Assembly (NCBI GenBank): GCA_022825195.1
Contig: JAJDYL010000218.1
Location: 25,029 to 89,028, forward strand
DNA length: 64,000 nucleotides
Source of the DNA: Alphaproteobacteria bacterium
Lineage (GTDB): Bacteria; Pseudomonadota; Alphaproteobacteria; Bin95
Reading direction: 5' to 3'
Below the pieces are notes generated by a model. That model worked only from the letters and a program-made list of their open reading frames with translations, searched no databases and was not told where the DNA came from. This document shows, in pieces, positions 55,542 through 64,000 of this stretch (its first letter is position 1; each line of letters starts with the position of its first letter). A program made the translations under genes and the position numbers.

Positions 55542-56663
55542 GTGGCGGACCTGCGGCAGGCGGACGTGAGCCGGACGATTCCATCTCGCATGACCGCGGT
55601 GCTCCTGACCGGCCACGGAGGACCGGATGTCCTCGAGTTCCGCGAAGATGTTCCCACGCCGGAGCCCGGTCCCGGCGAAGTACTGATCGAGGTGGGCGCC
55701 GCTGGCGTGAACAACACCGACATCAACACCCGTATCGGCTGGTATTCGAAGAAAGTGGACGCCGGCACAGGAGTGGGCGGCGCAAAGGGCTTCGGTGAAA
55801 TCGACCCGGATGACGCAACATGGTCCGGCCGGCCGATGACCTTCCCCCGGATTCAGGGCGCCGACTGTTGCGGCAGGATCGTGGCCGTCGGCAGCAGGGT
55901 GGATGCCGGTCGGATCGGAGAGCGCGTCATCGTCAAGACCATGTTGCGCAGCTATGCCGGCTGGCGCCCGTACGAGTGCTGGACCTTCGGGTCCGAGTGC
56001 GACGGCGCGTTCGCGCAATTCGCCAGGGCTCCCGCTTCGGAAACCTTCCGCGTGCGGTGCGATTGGACCGACGCCGAACTTGCGTCGATTCCCTGTTCCT
56101 GGTCCACGGCGGAAAACATGCTGCACCGGGCCGCGGCGGGCGCGGAGCGCGTGCTGGTGACCGGGGCTTCAGGCGGGGTCGGATCGGCTGCCGTGCAACT
56201 CGCGCGCCGCCGGGGGGCGCATGTCATCGCCGTGGCGGCCCAGGCCAAGGCGGCGGACATTCGCAAGGTCGGCGCCCACCGCGTAATCGACCGCGATGCG
56301 GACCTCCTTGCCGAACTCGGGCCGGACTCCGTCGATGTCGTGATCGACCTGGTGGCGGGGAGGACGTGGCCCGCGCTGCTTGACCTGCTGCGGCGCGGCG
56401 GACGCTACGCCGTTGCCGGCGCCATCGCCGGACCGGTCGTCGAACTGGACTTGCGCACGCTCTACCTGAAGGACCTGTCGTTCTTCGGCTGCACCTTCCA
56501 GGAGGATGTCGTGTTCGAGAACCTGGTCCGCTACATCGAACGCGGTGAAATCCGCCCCGTCGTGTCCGGGGTCTTCCCGCTCGCCCGGATCGCGGAAGTC
56601 CAGGAGATGTTCCTGGCCAAGGGCTTCGTCGGAAAGCTGGTGCTGGAGCCGCCGCCCTCCTGA
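55542..56663 (+). CDS. MDR-family alcohol dehydrogenase / quinone oxidoreductase
   Basis: VNNTDINTR.GWY, PRIQGAD, DGAFAQF, TGASGGVG. Confidence 0.88.
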   Translation: MADLRQADVSRTIPSRMTAVLLTGHGGPDVLEFREDVPTPEPGPGEVLIEVGAAGVNNTDINTRIGWYSKKVDAGTGVGGAKGFGEIDPDDATWSGRPMTFPRIQGADCCGRIVAVGSRVDAGRIGERVIVKTMLRSYAGWRPYECWTFGSECDGAFAQFARAPASETFRVRCDWTDAELASIPCSWSTAENMLHRAAAGAERVLVTGASGGVGSAAVQLARRRGAHVIAVAAQAKAADIRKVGAHRVIDRDADLLAELGPDSVDVVIDLVAGRTWPALLDLLRRGGRYAVAGAIAGPVVELDLRTLYLKDLSFFGCTFQEDVVFENLVRYIERGEIRPVVSGVFPLARIAEVQEMFLAKGFVGKLVLEPPPS

Positions 56664-56680
56664 CCCGGAAGCGACGGGAG

Positions 56681-57079
56681 TCAGCCCCGCAGGCCGGCCA
56701 CGGCGTCGATCTCGACCTTCATTCCCGGCACGGCCAGCTCCGCAATGCCGATGAGCGTGCTGGCGGGGCGGGCCTCGCCGAAGAACTCCCGCCGGACGAC
56801 ATCCACCGCATAGCGGTCGTTCACGTCCGTCAGGTAGACCGTCACCTTGAGTATGTCGGCGAATGTTGCCCCGGCCGCCTGCAGGATCCGGTCCATGTTC
56901 TCGAACAGGCGCCTCGTCTGGGCGCCCACATCGTCCCCGCCGACCAGATTGAGGTTCTCGTCGACAGGCGCGATCCCGGACACGAACAGGAGGTCGCCGA
57001 ACCGCACGGCGTCCGTGTAGTGGCTGATGGGCTCGTTCAGTCCTTCGATGCGAAACTCTTCCCGCTCCCGTCCGGGCAT
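56681..57079 (-). CDS. RidA/YjgF-family protein
   Basis: LFVSG, KVTVYL.D, R..FF...PAST, VEIDAVA. Confidence 0.9.
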   Translation of the reverse strand: MPGREREEFRIEGLNEPISHYTDAVRFGDLLFVSGIAPVDENLNLVGGDDVGAQTRRLFENMDRILQAAGATFADILKVTVYLTDVNDRYAVDVVRREFFGEARPASTLIGIAELAVPGMKVEIDAVAGLRG

Positions 57080-57100
57080 GGCTGCACCCTCCTCTGTCGG

Positions 57101-58009
57101 TTACTGCGACGAGCGGAGCCTCGGGTCGAGCACATCGCGGAGCGCGTCCCCGAAGAGGTTGAAGCCGAACACGGCGAGCGTGATCGCGAGGCCGGGAAAG
57201 ACGGCGACCCAGGGCGCGCTCTCGGCGAATTCCTCCGCGCCGCCCTGCAGCATCAGCCCCCAGGCGGGCGTCGGCTCCTGCACGCCGAGGCCGAGATAGG
57301 ACAGCGACGCCTCCGTCAGGATCGCCTGCCCGACGAAGGCCGTCACCATGATGAGGAAGGGCGCCATCACGTTCGGCGCCATGTGGCGCAGGATGATGCG
57401 CGCATGGCCGAAGCCGCAGGCCTTCGCCGCGTCGATATAGGGGATCTCGCGGATCTGGAGCGCGGAAGACCGCACCACCCGCGCGCATCTGGGCACGAAG
57501 GGCACGATGATCGCCAGGATCACGTTCTCCGTGCCGGTGCCGAGGATCGACACCACGGCCAGCGCCATGATGACCAGCGGGAACGCCATGAAGACATCCA
57601 TGACGCGCTGGAAGATGAGGTCGAACAGGCCGCCGAAATAGGCGCTGGAAACGCCCAGTACAAGGCCGAGGAAGCCGCCGACCGCCGCGGAAGCAAAGCC
57701 GACGAACAGCGCCGTGCGGGCGCCGTAAACGATGCGGGAATAGACATCCCGTCCCAGCATGTCGGTGCCGAAGATGAAGTTCCCGTCCGGCGGCGCCAGC
57801 ATGTATTCGTAGGAGTTGAGCAGCGGGTCGTAGGGCGTCACGACATCGGCGAAGATCGCCATCAGGATCATCAGCGCCACGATGAGGGCCCCGGCGACGC
57901 CGATCGGCTGCTTGCGCGCCGTTTCGCGCAGTTTCACATGCCACGGCTTGAAGGCCGCGGGCTCCTCGAACATGGCTACCGCAAGGCTGCCCTGGGAAAC
58001 AGTCGCCAT
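57101..58009 (-). CDS. Peptide/nickel ABC permease (DppC-like)
   Basis: FGTD.LGRDVYSR, YIDAAKACG, EASLSYLGLG, FNLFGDALRD.LDPR. Confidence 0.92.
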   Translation of the reverse strand: MATVSQGSLAVAMFEEPAAFKPWHVKLRETARKQPIGVAGALIVALMILMAIFADVVTPYDPLLNSYEYMLAPPDGNFIFGTDMLGRDVYSRIVYGARTALFVGFASAAVGGFLGLVLGVSSAYFGGLFDLIFQRVMDVFMAFPLVIMALAVVSILGTGTENVILAIIVPFVPRCARVVRSSALQIREIPYIDAAKACGFGHARIILRHMAPNVMAPFLIMVTAFVGQAILTEASLSYLGLGVQEPTPAWGLMLQGGAEEFAESAPWVAVFPGLAITLAVFGFNLFGDALRDVLDPRLRSSQ

Positions 58010-58022
58010 AGGACCAGTCCTC

Positions 58023-58994
58023 CTAGCTGTAGCGGATGCGCGGGTCGAGCACCGCGTAAAGGATATCGACCACGAGGTTGACGAGGACGAAGATGGTGAC
58101 CACCAGCATGACCAGCGACTGGGTCATCACATAATCCTGGTTGGTCACCGATTCGACGAACAGCTTGCCGATGCCGTTCAGGTTGAAGACCTGCTCGGTC
58201 ACCACGAGGCCGCCCATCAGGAAGGCGAACTCGATGCCGATGATCGTCACCACGGGCAGCAGCGAGTTGCGCAGCGCGTGGCGGTTGATGATCATCTTCT
58301 CCAGCAGGCCCTTGGCGCGGGCGGTGCGCACATAATCCTCCCGCAGCACCTCAAGCAGGGCGGAACGCGTCATACGGGTCGCCACAGCAGAATAACGGTA
58401 GCCCGTTGCGACGGCAGGCCAGATCAGCATCGACAGGTTATAGGCCGGGTCTTGCCAGAGCGGCCGGTAGTCGATGGGCGGCATCCACGGCGTGCCGGTC
58501 CACGCCTGCGTAGTAATCAGCAGCCCGAGAATGATGATGATTCCGAGCCAGAAGGAGGGGATGGCGATTCCGGCGATGCTGATCGTGCGGACCACATAGT
58601 CGATCCAGGTGTTCTGCTTGATCGCCGAGATGGTGCCGAGCGGAATGGCGACGATGATGGACACCAGCGTCGCCATGATCGCGATCTGGAGCGAGAGTTC
58701 GAACCGCAGTGCGATCTCGTAGGAGACCGGCCGGCCGGTCCACATGGACTCGCCGAAATTGAAGGTAGCGAAACCCGCAAGAAAATCGACTAATTGGACA
58801 TGCAGCGGGTCCTTGAGGCCGAGCAGCACCTTGCACTGCTCCAGCGCCGCCGGGTCCACGAATTCGCCTCCGCCGCCGAGCCGAAGCTGACACACGTCGC
58901 CGGGCACAGCCCGCAACAGCAGAAAAACGAGAATCGCCGCTCCCAGCAGGGTTGGGATCAGCAGCAGTATTCGTTTGACAACGTATTTGTACAT
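58023..58994 (-). CDS. Peptide/nickel ABC permease (DppB-like)
   Basis: PSFWLG, DYVRTARAKGL, HALRN, DILYAVLDPRI. Confidence 0.92.
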   Translation of the reverse strand: MYKYVVKRILLLIPTLLGAAILVFLLLRAVPGDVCQLRLGGGGEFVDPAALEQCKVLLGLKDPLHVQLVDFLAGFATFNFGESMWTGRPVSYEIALRFELSLQIAIMATLVSIIVAIPLGTISAIKQNTWIDYVVRTISIAGIAIPSFWLGIIIILGLLITTQAWTGTPWMPPIDYRPLWQDPAYNLSMLIWPAVATGYRYSAVATRMTRSALLEVLREDYVRTARAKGLLEKMIINRHALRNSLLPVVTIIGIEFAFLMGGLVVTEQVFNLNGIGKLFVESVTNQDYVMTQSLVMLVVTIFVLVNLVVDILYAVLDPRIRYS

Positions 58995-59018
58995 GAATGA
59001 ACGCCTCTAAGAGAGAAG

Positions 59019-59046
59019 GCGCCGCTCCGGTCTTCCGGAGCGGCGC
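59019..59046 (-). terminator. Intercistronic hairpin after the substrate-binding gene
   Basis: GCGCCGCTCCGG-4nt-CCGGAGCGGCGC (12-bp stem) followed by CTTCTCTCTT on the minus strand. Confidence 0.6.
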
Positions 59047-59060
59047 GAGAGGTCGGGCGG

Positions 59061-60755
59061 TCAGCCGCCCAGTTCGTCCATGGTGCGCTGCTCGCGCTCC
59101 TCGTCGGGAAGATCGAGCCAGACCTGGTCCAGCGACTGGTTCAGATAGTGCGACGGCGCGATCTTCCAGCCCTTCACGAAGGAACGGTGCGGGTTGATCT
59201 TGTGCCACCACAGGATCTGGCCGAAATGCGCTTCCTCGTGCAGGACGCGCTTTTCGAACTTCCTGTAAAGTTCCAGCTGCTTGGCCGGGTCGCTTTCCTG
59301 CTGCATCTCGTCGTACCACCCGTCCAGCACGGGATCCTCGTAATGGCCCCGATTGTCCGGCGCCCTCGACTTCGAGATCCACGCGCCCGCATCGACGACC
59401 GGATTCACCACGCTCTGGCAGGACGGCCAGATGTTGACATCCGCGCCTTCCGCGCTCGGGTCCCGCAGGCCGGCATACCACGGACCGGTCGGCACCACGA
59501 TCTGCTCAACATTCAGGCCGATCTGCCGCCACTGGTCGATCATCCAGGTGCCGACCGCCTTGTAGGGCTGATCCACGGCCCGGTTCCAGATTTTGAACGA
59601 CGCCCCCTCGGCACCCGCCTCCTTGAGAAGTTCACGCGCTTTCTCGCGGCTCTTCTCGATGTCGGGCCAGTAGCCGTAATAGGTCTTGAGCGTCTCCTCG
59701 TCCGTCGCAACCGGATGGCCCGGCAGGGCGAGGCCGCCGACCGTCTTCACGATCGCGATCTTGGACAGGTATTTGGAAGCGCCCCAACGGTCGAGAGCGA
59801 GAGTGAGAGCTTGCCGGACGCGCTTGTCCTTGAAGAGCTCTTTGTGCTGGTTCGCACCGTAGCCGAAGGTGCAGTTCCATGCGCTCTCCTGCACGGTGAT
59901 GTCCTCGCCCAGCGCCTTGACGAGGTCGTCGCGAGCCTTCGGCGGGAAGCCGCGGAACTCGATGTCGGCGCGCCCGCCGCGGATCGACTGGATGCGGACG
60001 GACATTTTCGGCGCGGAGATCGCCTTGTAGCCATCGAGATAGGGCTTGCCTTCATGATGGTATTTCTCGTGGCGCTTGCCCAGCACATGCGAGCCGGGCT
60101 GGTGCTCGACGAACGAGAATGCCCCGGTGCCGTTGATGTTGCTCTGGTGCCATTTCAGGCCGTAATGCGGATCCTTGCCCTCCGGGTCCTCCCGCTCCAG
60201 ATCGTTCTTCGCGTAAATGAAGTTGAACGGCGTAGCGACGATCGGGATGAAGCCCGGCGAGGCATATTTCAGGTCGAACTGGACCGTGTGGTCGTCCGGC
60301 GCCGAAATCGTTTCCACCATCGAGAACCGGCTTTCGCGGTTGCTCAGAATGCCTTCCGGCGGGAAGACGATCTTGTTGTAAGTTGCAACGACATCGTCTG
60401 CGGTCAACGGCGTGCCGTCGTGGAACTCGACGCCCTGGCGGAGCTTGAAGGTGTAGGTCTTGCCTTCGTTGGTCGGCTTCGGAACATCGCCTTCGCACAG
60501 GTCGCAAACGAAATCCGCCGATTGCGGATTGTCCGGGTTGACCCGGATCAGCAAGCTGTAGAACGGCCGGATCGGGTGGATCATCGCGAAGGTCGACTCC
60601 CGGTGCCCGTCATAGGACGGGATCTTGCCGGCGACGACAATGCGCAGCACGCCGCCCCTCTTCGGTTCCTCCGCTGACGCCGCCACGACGCCGCCAGCCG
60701 CAACGGCCGCGCCGAGACCGGCCGCTAGAGCCAATCTGGTGAAACTCGTTTTCAT
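59061..60755 (-). CDS. ABC substrate-binding protein, family 5
   Basis: Signal peptide, PKRGGVLR, YTFKLRQGVEFHDGTPLTADDV, GTGAF; GGAGG RBS before ATG 60755. Confidence 0.92.
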   Translation of the reverse strand: MKTSFTRLALAAGLGAAVAAGGVVAASAEEPKRGGVLRIVVAGKIPSYDGHRESTFAMIHPIRPFYSLLIRVNPDNPQSADFVCDLCEGDVPKPTNEGKTYTFKLRQGVEFHDGTPLTADDVVATYNKIVFPPEGILSNRESRFSMVETISAPDDHTVQFDLKYASPGFIPIVATPFNFIYAKNDLEREDPEGKDPHYGLKWHQSNINGTGAFSFVEHQPGSHVLGKRHEKYHHEGKPYLDGYKAISAPKMSVRIQSIRGGRADIEFRGFPPKARDDLVKALGEDITVQESAWNCTFGYGANQHKELFKDKRVRQALTLALDRWGASKYLSKIAIVKTVGGLALPGHPVATDEETLKTYYGYWPDIEKSREKARELLKEAGAEGASFKIWNRAVDQPYKAVGTWMIDQWRQIGLNVEQIVVPTGPWYAGLRDPSAEGADVNIWPSCQSVVNPVVDAGAWISKSRAPDNRGHYEDPVLDGWYDEMQQESDPAKQLELYRKFEKRVLHEEAHFGQILWWHKINPHRSFVKGWKIAPSHYLNQSLDQVWLDLPDEEREQRTMDELGG

Positions 60756-60877
60756 GGCAGACACGCTACCTCCCTGATTATCGGGCCCCGCTCCGAGGCC
60801 CGGCTGCGTGGCAGGCGCCGTAACGCCCTCCGTTCCGCCCCTGCGTCCCTGCGCACTCCCGGGCGGCATTCCCGTTG

Positions 60878-61897
60878 CTACACCTCCGTGCAGGCAACCC
60901 AGTGGCCCGGCTTGACCTCGCGGAAAGCCGGGACCGCATTCGGGCAGCCGTCCACCGCGATATCGCAACGCGGATGGAAGACGCAGCCCGAAGGCGGATT
61001 GATCGGGCTCGGAATCTCGCCCTTGATGACCTGGTGCGCGCGGGCCTGTTCGACCACCGGATCGGGGATCGGAACCGCCTCCAGCAGCGCCCTGGTGTAG
61101 GGATGCATCGGATTGTCGAACAGCTCGTCCGTCTCGGCGAGCTCGACCATCTTGCCCAGATACATCACCGCCACCCGATGGCAGATATGGCGCACCACCG
61201 AAAGATCGTGGCTGATGAACAGGTATGTCAGGTCGAACTCGTCCCGCAGGTCCTCCAGCAGGTTGATGACCTGCGCCTGGATCGACACGTCGAGCGCCGA
61301 CACCGCCTCGTCGCAAACGATGAAGTCCGGCTCCAGCCCGAGCGCCCGCGCAATGCCGACGCGCTGGCGCTGGCCGCCCGACATCTCGTGCGGGTAGCGG
61401 TCCGCAAAGGCGGGGTTGAGGCCGCAAACCGCGAGCAGTTCACGCACCCGGTCCTCGCGTTTCGCCTTGTCCGGGATCAGTCCGTGGACGCGGATCGGCT
61501 CGCCGATGATCTCGCCGATCTTGAGGCGCGGATTGAGCGAGCTGTAGGGGTCCTGGAAGATCACCTGGATGCGCCGCCGCATGGAGCGGAGCGCCTCTCC
61601 GCGAAGGCCGCTCAGTTCCTGGCCCTCGAAGGTAATGGAGCCCGCCGTCGGCCGTTCCAGCTGCAGGATGCAGCGCCCGGTCGTGGTCTTGCCGCAGCCG
61701 GACTCGCCGACGAGACCGAGCGTCTCCCCCCGGCGGATCTCGAAATCGATGCCGTCCACCGCCTTCACATGCGCGACGACCCGGCGCATGACGATACCTT
61801 CCGTCACAGGGAAATGCATTTTGAGGCCGTTCACGGAAACGAGAACGTCCTCGGATACCGTTCCCCGGTGACTGGCCTGGGTCGCAATGTCGTTCAT
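60878..61897 (-). CDS. Peptide ABC ATP-binding protein (DppF-like)
   Basis: [37 protein letters not shown]. Confidence 0.93.
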   Translation of the reverse strand: MNDIATQASHRGTVSEDVLVSVNGLKMHFPVTEGIVMRRVVAHVKAVDGIDFEIRRGETLGLVGESGCGKTTTGRCILQLERPTAGSITFEGQELSGLRGEALRSMRRRIQVIFQDPYSSLNPRLKIGEIIGEPIRVHGLIPDKAKREDRVRELLAVCGLNPAFADRYPHEMSGGQRQRVGIARALGLEPDFIVCDEAVSALDVSIQAQVINLLEDLRDEFDLTYLFISHDLSVVRHICHRVAVMYLGKMVELAETDELFDNPMHPYTRALLEAVPIPDPVVEQARAHQVIKGEIPSPINPPSGCVFHPRCDIAVDGCPNAVPAFREVKPGHWVACTEV

Positions 61898-62889
61898 GCG
61901 ACCTGCTCCAGCCCGGCGGCGATCTCCTGCGAGCGGAAGCAGGCCGATCGGTGTCCTTCCCCTACGCTCTCAAGTTCCGGGAACGACTGGGCGCATTGCT
62001 CCTGCGCATAGCGGCAGCGCGGGCGGAAGGAGCAGCTTCCGTCGAGGCGTGTCAGGTCCGGCGGCTGGCCCTCGACCGGATCGAGCTTGGCGGAGCGCTG
62101 CTGGTCCACCCGCGGCACGGAGTTCAGCAAGGCCAGCGTGTAGGGATGGCGCGGCCGGTGATAGACGTCCTCGGCGCTGCCCTCTTCGATGATCTTGCCC
62201 GCGTACATCACGTTCACCCGGTCGGCGTAGCGGGCGACCACGCCGAGATTGTGGGTAATGATAATCATCGCCACGCCCAGTTCGCGGGTCAGGTTCTTCA
62301 TCAATTCAAGGATTTGCGCCTGGATAGTAACGTCCAGCGCCGTCGTCGGCTCGTCAGCGATAATCAGCTTGGGCTCGCAGGCGAGCGCCATCGCGATCAT
62401 CACGCGCTGGCGCATGCCCCCCGACAGATGGTGAGGATACTGGTCGAGCCGGCGCGGCGGATCGGAGATGCCGACCATCTCCATCAGCTCGAGCGCACGC
62501 GATGCCGCCTTCTCCTCATTGTAGCCGAGATGGTGGACGACGGTCTCGGTCAGTTGCGTTCCGATGGACAGCACGGGATTGAGCGAGGTCATCGGCTCCT
62601 GGAATATCATGCCGATGTGGCGTCCGCGCACCTCGCGGATCTCCCGGTCGCTCAGCTCCAGCAGATTGCGGCCCATGAAGCCGATCCGCCCACCGACGAT
62701 CTTGCCCGGCGGATCCGCCACGAGCCGCAATATGGACAGCGCGGACACGGACTTGCCGCAGCCGGACTCGCCGACCACTGCAACCGTCTCGCCTTCTTCC
62801 ACCGTATAGGAGATCCCGTCCACGGCGAGCACGGTCCCCGCCGAAGTGAAGAACTGCGTTTTCAATTCGTCAATTTCGAGAAGAGCCAC
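61894..62889 (-). CDS. Peptide ABC ATP-binding protein (DppD-like)
   Basis: [43 protein letters not shown]. Confidence 0.93.
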   Translation of the reverse strand: MALLEIDELKTQFFTSAGTVLAVDGISYTVEEGETVAVVGESGCGKSVSALSILRLVADPPGKIVGGRIGFMGRNLLELSDREIREVRGRHIGMIFQEPMTSLNPVLSIGTQLTETVVHHLGYNEEKAASRALELMEMVGISDPPRRLDQYPHHLSGGMRQRVMIAMALACEPKLIIADEPTTALDVTIQAQILELMKNLTRELGVAMIIITHNLGVVARYADRVNVMYAGKIIEEGSAEDVYHRPRHPYTLALLNSVPRVDQQRSAKLDPVEGQPPDLTRLDGSCSFRPRCRYAQEQCAQSFPELESVGEGHRSACFRSQEIAAGLEQVA

Positions 62890-62995
62890 TCAACCTCCCG
62901 ACTTGTCCCGGATCGACGCCCACCTTCGAGCGGCGGACGGTATGCACTGGATACTACCTTGTCAATCAGGCCCCTTGCGGCCCATGGTGGCAGGG

Positions 62996-63172
62996 ATGAG
63001 GGTCTGTCTTTGCAACGACCTTTCGGCGGAAGCCGTGGAGGGCGCGCTCGTCGCGGGCGCAAGCCGCGTGGCTGAGGTTTTCCGCGGTCATGGCTGCGCT
63101 CCGGTCTGCGGTCGTTGCATCGAGGCGATCCGTACCATGCTCGACCGCGCAAGGGAGGACGAAGAGGAATGA
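62996..63172 (+). CDS. Bfd-like (2Fe-2S)-binding protein
   Basis: MRVCLCN...CGRC: CxC...CxxC pattern in 58 aa. Confidence 0.75.
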   Translation: MRVCLCNDLSAEAVEGALVAGASRVAEVFRGHGCAPVCGRCIEAIRTMLDRAREDEEE

Positions 63173-63687
63173 GCGCCGAAGCCCGGGAGGTGGGCCCCAA
63201 CCGGTTCCGTGAGAGTTACGGCCGTTATTTCGAGGACTTCACCGTCGGCCATATTTACGAGCACCGACCCGGACGAACCATCACCGAAAGCGACAACACC
63301 TGGTTCACCCTGCTTACGATGAACCAGCACCCGATCCATTTCGACAAGGAATATGCGCGGCACAGCGAGTTCGGCCGGCCGCTCGTCAACTCCGCCTTCA
63401 CGCTGGCGCTGGTGGCCGGCATGTCGGTGTCCGACACAAGCCAGAAGGCCGTCGCCAATCTCGGCTGGACGGATATCGCGCTCACCGCCCCGGTATTCGT
63501 CGGCGACACGATCTACGCTGAATCCGAGGTGCTGGAGAAGCGCGAGAGCCGTTCCCGTCCGACCCAGGGCATTGTCGGCATTGCGACGCGGGGCCTCAAG
63601 GCCGACGGCACGGTCTTCATGAGCTTCAATCGAAACATGCTGATTCCCAGACGCGGCCATGCCGTGGATGACAAGGCCGGGTATTGA
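63169..63687 (+). CDS. MaoC-family (hot-dog) dehydratase
   Basis: YFEDF.VG, RTITESDN..F...TMN.HPIH.D, PVFVGDT. Confidence 0.9.
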   Translation: MSAEAREVGPNRFRESYGRYFEDFTVGHIYEHRPGRTITESDNTWFTLLTMNQHPIHFDKEYARHSEFGRPLVNSAFTLALVAGMSVSDTSQKAVANLGWTDIALTAPVFVGDTIYAESEVLEKRESRSRPTQGIVGIATRGLKADGTVFMSFNRNMLIPRRGHAVDDKAGY

Positions 63688-63691
63688 CACG

Positions 63692-64000
63692 ATGGATGCT
63701 TCCTCCGCCTCTCCCGACGCCGCCGAGCTCGAAGCCGCGCTGCTCGACACGGTGGACAAGTTCCTCGACCGCGACGTGCGCCCGCATGTGCTCGCGCTGG
63801 AGCACAGCGACACCTGGCCCGCGGAGATCGTCGAGCGGATGAAGGAACTCGGCCTTTTCGGCGCCATCATCCCGGAGGAATATGGCGGTCTCGGCCTCGG
63901 CGCCTCGACCTACGCCCGCATCGTCGAGCGCGTGTCGGCCGTGTGGATGTCGCTCTCCGGAATCTTCAACTCGCATCTCATCATGTCGGCGGCCGTGCTG
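63692..64000 (+). CDS. Acyl-CoA dehydrogenase (5' part; runs off window)
   Basis: Hand translation: ...IVERMKELGLFGAIIPEEYGGLGLG...YARIVE. Confidence 0.88.
   Translation, partial: MDASSASPDAAELEAALLDTVDKFLDRDVRPHVLALEHSDTWPAEIVERMKELGLFGAIIPEEYGGLGLGASTYARIVERVSAVWMSLSGIFNSHLIMSAAVL

Overview
GC-rich alphaproteobacterial chromosome segment; the gene order suggests a Rhodospirillales-like organism (inference). It is mostly housekeeping. On the minus strand it carries nuoA-G (nuoG runs off the window), tRNA-Asp and tRNA-Val, and the tRNA-Leu-tig-clpP-clpX-lon-HU block. Other core genes are mnmA, aspartate aminotransferase-panE-dusA, dapA-smpB, grxC, trpS-nth, tRNA-Gly, clpS-clpA and pyrB-pyrC'. 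Catabolic genes are interspersed: an AceE-like ThDP enzyme, TauD dioxygenase, CoA transferase, SDRs, amidase, haloacid dehalogenase, an LLM oxidoreductase and acyl-CoA dehydrogenases. There are three ABC systems: a TPP-riboswitch thiamine-precursor transporter, a Liv-type and a Dpp/Opp-type. No CRISPR array, integrase or intact transposase was seen. The unexplained signals lie between genes. (1) A ~1 kb cassette at 25.1-26.1 kb has an orphan ORF with a charged tail, a 10-bp-phased TGTCATG array, related motifs on both flanks and a degenerate LexA-like box. (2) A ~153-nt structured RNA candidate lies between tRNA-Asp and tRNA-Val. (3) A promoter-anchored, possibly pseudoknotted RNA leader lies at 19.6 kb. 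(4) An inverted, mostly synonymously diverged 136-bp copy of the pyrB 5' end is fused to what looks like a type I restriction HsdR start remnant. (5) A PIN toxin has an unusually large partner. All family assignments come from motif recognition, not database searches.
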